DNA of 30,097 nucleotides from a virus (Duplodnaviria; Heunggongvirae; Uroviricota; Caudoviricetes): IMG/VR virus record IMGVR_UViG_2724679538_000002; one strand, 5' to 3'. Shown piece by piece: positions 25,752 to 30,097 of this stretch (position 1 is its first letter; each line of letters starts with the position of its first letter). The notes under the pieces were generated by a model. It saw only the letters and a program-made list of their open reading frames with translations, ran no database searches and was not told where the DNA came from. The position numbers and the translations under genes were made by a program.

Positions 25752-26870
25752 ATGGTTTCTCAGACGATGACTCCTGAATATGCGCCAGCATTCCGCATAA
25801 AGGCAGAAGGGAAAGATATTACCCGCATACTTGAGCAATGCCTTTCTGAACTGACGCTGACAGATTACGGTGGCGCGACCGCCAGAGCCGATGAACTGAA
25901 AATTACCCTGCTTTCTGAAACGCTGACACTTCCGCCCAGAGGGGCGCGACTACAGGTTGCGCTGGGATTTAATGAGCAGCTTGTCGATAAAGGCTGGTTT
26001 GTTGTCAGCGGAGTTGCCAGCAGTGGGCCACCGAGGCGCATTGAAATTTATGCCACCGCAGCGCCCATGAATGCACGGAAGCAACCCAGTGACGTCACCA
26101 GTCAGAAAACACGAAGCTGGGATAACATTCGTCTGGAGGATGTGGTGAAAACCGTGGCCACCGATAATGGCCTGATCCCCAGAGTCGCTGCCGCGCTGAA
26201 AGATATTCACATTAACCACATCGACCAGGTGGCTGAATCTGATGCTAACCTGCTGTCCCGGCTTGCCCGCATCTACAACGCGGTGAGTAAACCTTCCGGT
26301 GGTTACTGGCTTTTTCTGCCGCAGGGGGCGACAGCGACCGTTTCCGGTAAACAGATTGACAGTATCACCATTACGCCTGCAGACGTGACAACGTGGTCAT
26401 ACAGTGAAGGTGAGCGGGGGAGTTCCACGGGTAAGGTCACGGAAAGTGGGGGTAAAGCAAAAGAGAAAATCGGGGTTCGCTATTACGATGAAGTGGATGG
26501 CAGGACAAAAACCGCAGCGGTCGAACATGACGGACCGGCAATGACCAACCCGTATACCCAGTCAGAAAAGGATACGGCAGAGAAGCAGGCGAAAGCACGA
26601 AAAACACAGGCAAGACGGAATGAGCAGAAAATGACGCTCACCGGCCCCTGCCGACCACAGCATATTCCCCTGACGGCAGAAGCAGGGGTGGCAACCTCAG
26701 GATTTGGTACCCGGGAAGACAGAGCCTGGGTGGTTGAGTCGCTGGTCTTTTCACTGACCGCTGCCGGATTCAGTTATACCTGCAATCTGGTGGTGGATAT
26801 TCACAAACCACAAAAATCAGCAAAAAAATCGAAGCAACAGGATAAAACTGGTCCGGCTTACTTCGGTTAA
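25752..26870 (+). CDS. tail protein D (P2 gpD-like)
   Basis: About 370 aa, in the gpD position after U and X. Start ATG is 1 nt after the X stop. Confidence 0.65.
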   Translation: MVSQTMTPEYAPAFRIKAEGKDITRILEQCLSELTLTDYGGATARADELKITLLSETLTLPPRGARLQVALGFNEQLVDKGWFVVSGVASSGPPRRIEIYATAAPMNARKQPSDVTSQKTRSWDNIRLEDVVKTVATDNGLIPRVAAALKDIHINHIDQVAESDANLLSRLARIYNAVSKPSGGYWLFLPQGATATVSGKQIDSITITPADVTTWSYSEGERGSSTGKVTESGGKAKEKIGVRYYDEVDGRTKTAAVEHDGPAMTNPYTQSEKDTAEKQAKARKTQARRNEQKMTLTGPCRPQHIPLTAEAGVATSGFGTREDRAWVVESLVFSLTAAGFSYTCNLVVDIHKPQKSAKKSKQQDKTGPAYFG

Positions 26871-26876
26871 TCCATC

Positions 26877-26894
26877 GCGCCATCCGGCGCTTTT
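26877..26894 (+). terminator. hairpin plus T-tract after the gpD-like gene
   Basis: Stem 'gcgcc'/'ggcgc' with loop 'atcc', followed by 'ttttgt'. Confidence 0.45.
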
Positions 26895-26910
26895 GTAACG
26901 GAAAATCATC

Positions 26911-27264
26911 ATGAACGGTGTAAACAGCCGGACAGGCAAACGTCTGTCTGGCGTGGCGCATTTGCGCCAGTCTGTCCGGGACATTCTGACCACGCCCGTC
27001 GGGAGTCGTGTGCTGATCCGTGACTATGGCAGTGAACTGTTTTCGTTGCTGGATAACCCACGGGATGACCTGACGCGTCTGCGGATAATCGCCGCCTCAG
27101 CGACTGCACTGGCTCGCTGGGAGCCGCGTTTAAAGGTGACGCGGGTGATGGTCACCTTCCCGGCGGGCGAATCCGGTTGTGTTCTGGATATCGAAGGGAT
27201 CAACAAAGAAGACGGCTTACCCGTCAGAACAGGAGAAATAACGCTAAATGCCCAACAGTTATGA
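26911..27264 (+). CDS. baseplate wedge protein (P2 gpW / gp25-like)
   Basis: 117 aa. 'RLSGVAHLRQSVRDILTTPVGSRVLIRDYGSELFSLLDNP' matches the gpW/gp25 family pattern. Confidence 0.65.
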   Translation: MNGVNSRTGKRLSGVAHLRQSVRDILTTPVGSRVLIRDYGSELFSLLDNPRDDLTRLRIIAASATALARWEPRLKVTRVMVTFPAGESGCVLDIEGINKEDGLPVRTGEITLNAQQL

Positions 27265-28168
27265 TGTGATCAATCTGTCTGAACTCGCTGTTCCTGATGC
27301 GCTTGTAGTGCCGGATGCCGCAGAGATTTTCTCCCGATGGCTGGCACGTCTGCAGGAGCTGGATCCGCAGTTTGATGCGCTGGTAGAGTCCGATCCGGCG
27401 TTTAAACAGGGAGAGGTGAATGCATATCAGCTGACGCTGGCCTTTCAGCGTGTCAATGATGCAGTGCGGGCAGTATTTCTTGCCAGCGCCAGAGGCGCAG
27501 ACCTTGATCAGATTGGCGCTGCCTTCAATGTTAAACGCCAGGTTATCAGACCGGGTGATCCGGATGCCGTTCCCCCCGTCGAAGTGGAACTGGAAGATGA
27601 CGGCGCATTTCGTGAACGTATTCAGTTGTCCTGGGCACAGTTAAATACGGCGGGTGCCCGCAACGCTTACCGCTTCCATGCGAAATCGGCGGATACTGAT
27701 GTGCTGGATGCTGAAGCTTATGGCCCCGAAACACACAGCCGCCCGGGGTGTGTTGATGTGTATGTGCTTTCCCGGACGGGAGACGGAACGGCAGCTAAAC
27801 CACTGCTGGATAAAGTTAACAGCACACTGAATGCCGATGAAATCCGTCCATTGACAGACTACGTGACGGTGAAGAGCGCCATCATCACAAATTATGCCAT
27901 CACGGCTGAACTGGAGATCCCGGACGGCCCGGACGCCACGACAGTTCTGAACAATGCCATTGAAGCCTTGCAGTCCTACACCATGCTGTCTCACCGGATT
28001 AACACCGTGGTGCCGTTATCTGCCATCTATGCCGCTTTACAGCAATCCGGTGTGGTTCGCGTCAGACTGATCTCCCCCGTGGCTGATCTGGAAGCCGAAG
28101 CCGGAAAAGCACCGTGGTGTACTGCCATCAACGTCACCCGCAGGGAGGTAAGCAGCCATGACGGATAA
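27248..28168 (+). CDS. baseplate assembly protein J (P2 gpJ-like)
   Basis: 306 aa, overlapping the W and I genes, in the canonical W-J-I-H order. Confidence 0.7.
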   Translation: MPNSYDVINLSELAVPDALVVPDAAEIFSRWLARLQELDPQFDALVESDPAFKQGEVNAYQLTLAFQRVNDAVRAVFLASARGADLDQIGAAFNVKRQVIRPGDPDAVPPVEVELEDDGAFRERIQLSWAQLNTAGARNAYRFHAKSADTDVLDAEAYGPETHSRPGCVDVYVLSRTGDGTAAKPLLDKVNSTLNADEIRPLTDYVTVKSAIITNYAITAELEIPDGPDATTVLNNAIEALQSYTMLSHRINTVVPLSAIYAALQQSGVVRVRLISPVADLEAEAGKAPWCTAINVTRREVSSHDG

Positions 28169-28721
28169 ATTTCGCTCCCTGCTGCCGCCGGGCGCATTTC
28201 ATGAAGAACGGGCGCAGGAGCAGGCGACGACAGAACACATCATCGCACTGGATACCAACATGGTGCGTAAGGTGAAAGATGCGGCCAGCTGCCCGGCACA
28301 TCTTTTACCGTGGCTTGCGTGGGAACATGCCGTCGATTTCTGGGATGACAGCTGGACAGAGACACAAAAGCGCCAGGTGATTAAGGACGCCGCTTACGTG
28401 CATCAGCACCGGGGAACGGCGGGTGCGGTCAGGCGTTCTCTGGGGGCGGTAAACCTGCCGACCACTGTCGTGGAGTGGTGGCAGGATTCACCGCAGGCTG
28501 CACCCTACACATTCCGGATTGAAGTTCACAGCAGTCAGGGCGTCAGCGATGCACTGTATCACCAGATTCGTCAGCTTACTGACCGGGCTAAAAACCTGCG
28601 CAGTCATCTGAGCAAAATAGATGTTCTGGCGAATATCGGGATGGATGGCGCTTTTTATATTTCAGGTGCGACGACAGCACATATCGATGTGGATATTTTT
28701 GCCGGGGAGTCTCATGGCTGA
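28158..28721 (+). CDS. tail protein I (P2 gpI-like)
   Basis: 187 aa, in the gpI position, overlapping the fibre gene start. Confidence 0.65.
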   Translation: MTDKFRSLLPPGAFHEERAQEQATTEHIIALDTNMVRKVKDAASCPAHLLPWLAWEHAVDFWDDSWTETQKRQVIKDAAYVHQHRGTAGAVRRSLGAVNLPTTVVEWWQDSPQAAPYTFRIEVHSSQGVSDALYHQIRQLTDRAKNLRSHLSKIDVLANIGMDGAFYISGATTAHIDVDIFAGESHG

Positions 28722-30097
28722 ATATTATTCAATTATTACTAACCGGGGAAAAGAACTGGAGGCGGAAGCGCTTGCCAGTGGTAGCCAGATTATTCTGACA
28801 CAGTTTGTGGTTGGCGACAGTAATGGCAAACCGCTGAAACCCGATCCGGCACAAACGCAGCTTGTTAATGAAACCTACCGTGGAGATATTGCAGAGCTGG
28901 TGGTATCACCGGAACAGCCGACACAGCTCATGGCCAGAATTGTGCTGCCAACGGGAACGGGGGGGTTTACAGTCCGCGAAGTGGGACTGATGACTGATGG
29001 GGGGGAATTGTATGCCGTGGCGAACTGCCCGGCGATTGACAAACCGGTTGGCGGTGTCAGCGTCAATATGCAGTTCCGGCTTGCTGTATCTGACACCTCA
29101 AACATCACGTTAAATGTGGCAACGGGAGACGGACTTTTTCTGCGCATTGACCAGAACCTGAAGGAAATCAAAGCGCGCGGAGCTGGCGCGCAAAAAGAAT
29201 CCCGCGAGTCTCTTGGTGTTCTGGATGCCACGACTAAGCAAAAAGGTCTGGTGCAACTGAACAGTGCGGTGAACAGCACCAGTGAGACACAGGCAGCGAC
29301 ATCAAAGGCGGTTAAGACAGCATATGACCTTGCTGATGGCAAATACACTGCACAGGACGCCACCACGGCACGAAAAGGGATTGTTCAGTTAAGCAGCGCC
29401 ACTAACAGTGACTCTGAAACGCTTGCTGCGACTCCGAAAGCAGTGAAAGCTGCTAATGACAATGCAAACGGGCGTGTGCCCTCAGGACGTAAGGTTAATG
29501 GCAAACCACTGAACAATGATGTCAATGTTACATCGCAGGATATTTTTAACGGTCAGAGTATTGAGATTGGTGCAAACCAGAATCTGGATAATTACAAAAC
29601 GCCGGGGCTGTACCATCAGCCACTGAATGCCAATACAAGCGCAGTGCTGAAATACCCGGAGAACCTTGCGGGTACTCTGGTTGTGCTTAAAAATGCCGGA
29701 ATAACACAAATTTACTATGTGTATAACACATCCAGAAGCTATACCCGCAGCCAGTACTCAACGGGTGGCTGGACACCATGGACGCCGCAGGATTCATTTC
29801 CGGTAGGTGCGGCGATTCCGTGGCCTTCTGATTCAGTACCTACAGGCTATGCCATTATGCAGGGGCAGACTTTTGACAAGGCAGCCTATCCCCTGCTTGC
29901 AGGAGCTTATCCGTCAGGAGTGATTCCCGATATGCGGGGCTGGACAATCAAGGGCAAACCCGCCAGTGGCCGCGCTGTATTGTCTCAGGAACAGGACGGT
30001 ATTAAATCGCATACTCACAGCGCCAGTGCGTCAAATACGGATTTAGGAACGAAAACGACAAGTTCATTTGATTACGGCACGAAGACAGTCAGCACGT
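28714..30097 (+). CDS. tail fibre protein (P2 gpH-like), 3'-truncated by the window end
   Basis: ATG with RBS 'ggggag'. Open for all 461 codons to the window end (translated by hand). N-terminus '[41 protein letters not shown]' is tail-collar-like. Two tail-fibre repeats '[25 protein letters not shown]' and '[25 protein letters not shown]'. Not in the ORF track because it has no stop in the window. Confidence 0.8.
   Translation, partial: MAEYYSIITNRGKELEAEALASGSQIILTQFVVGDSNGKPLKPDPAQTQLVNETYRGDIAELVVSPEQPTQLMARIVLPTGTGGFTVREVGLMTDGGELYAVANCPAIDKPVGGVSVNMQFRLAVSDTSNITLNVATGDGLFLRIDQNLKEIKARGAGAQKESRESLGVLDATTKQKGLVQLNSAVNSTSETQAATSKAVKTAYDLADGKYTAQDATTARKGIVQLSSATNSDSETLAATPKAVKAANDNANGRVPSGRKVNGKPLNNDVNVTSQDIFNGQSIEIGANQNLDNYKTPGLYHQPLNANTSAVLKYPENLAGTLVVLKNAGITQIYYVYNTSRSYTRSQYSTGGWTPWTPQDSFPVGAAIPWPSDSVPTGYAIMQGQTFDKAAYPLLAGAYPSGVIPDMRGWTIKGKPASGRAVLSQEQDGIKSHTHSASASNTDLGTKTTSSFDYGTKTVST

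Noticed and set aside
19346-29366. Antisense or alternate-frame ORFs within tail genes (for example 19602-19874, 20362-20751, 20815-21135, 21677-22234, 23591-24139, 24964-25533, 25950-26219, 27641-27994, 28875-29366)
   Set aside because: Shadow ORFs overlapping confidently assigned structural genes. 28875-29366 lies antisense inside the tail fibre reading frame.
1-30097. CRISPR array, integrase/attachment site, rRNA, transposase or insertion sequence
   Set aside because: No regularly spaced short direct repeats with unique spacers, no tyrosine-recombinase-like ORF and no terminal inverted repeats flanking a transposase were seen. The integration module is presumably outside this window.

Overview
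This window looks like a contiguous stretch of a temperate, mosaic enterobacterial prophage, read almost entirely on the + strand, running from the early/replication region to a partial tail fibre gene at the window end. All calls come from reading the six-frame translations and the DNA by eye; no searches or computations were run, and coordinates of hairpins and repeats are hand-counted. The gene order is: Rha-family regulator, an HTH replication initiator with intragenic iterons and a DnaT-like C-terminus, a PerC-like regulator, a LexA DNA-binding-domain-only protein, RusA, KilA-N, a DUF968-like protein, Q antiterminator, then a roughly 4 kb accessory island (5.68-9.76 kb), then holin, lambda-R-like endolysin, overlapping Rz/Rz1 spanins, a lipoprotein moron, a lambda-type head module (Nu1-like TerS, GpA-family TerL, gpW, portal, fused protease-scaffold-capsid gene, decoration protein) and a P2-type contractile tail module (V, sheath, tube, E with a putative E+E' frameshift, tape measure, U, X, D, W, J, I, partial H). 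The most interesting region is the accessory island between Q and the lysis cassette: a visibly AT-rich, convergently transcribed KAP-family P-loop NTPase (candidate single-gene anti-phage defence), followed by a small winged-helix ORF, a beta-class DPPY DNA methyltransferase, and a convergent AT-rich 174-aa ORF carrying a PD-(D/E)xK-like residue pattern that may be a compact restriction-modification-like pair. Other points worth follow-up are the non-cleavable LexA-like protein, the iteron array inside the replication gene, the lipoprotein moron and homopolymeric G tracts in the tail fibre gene.
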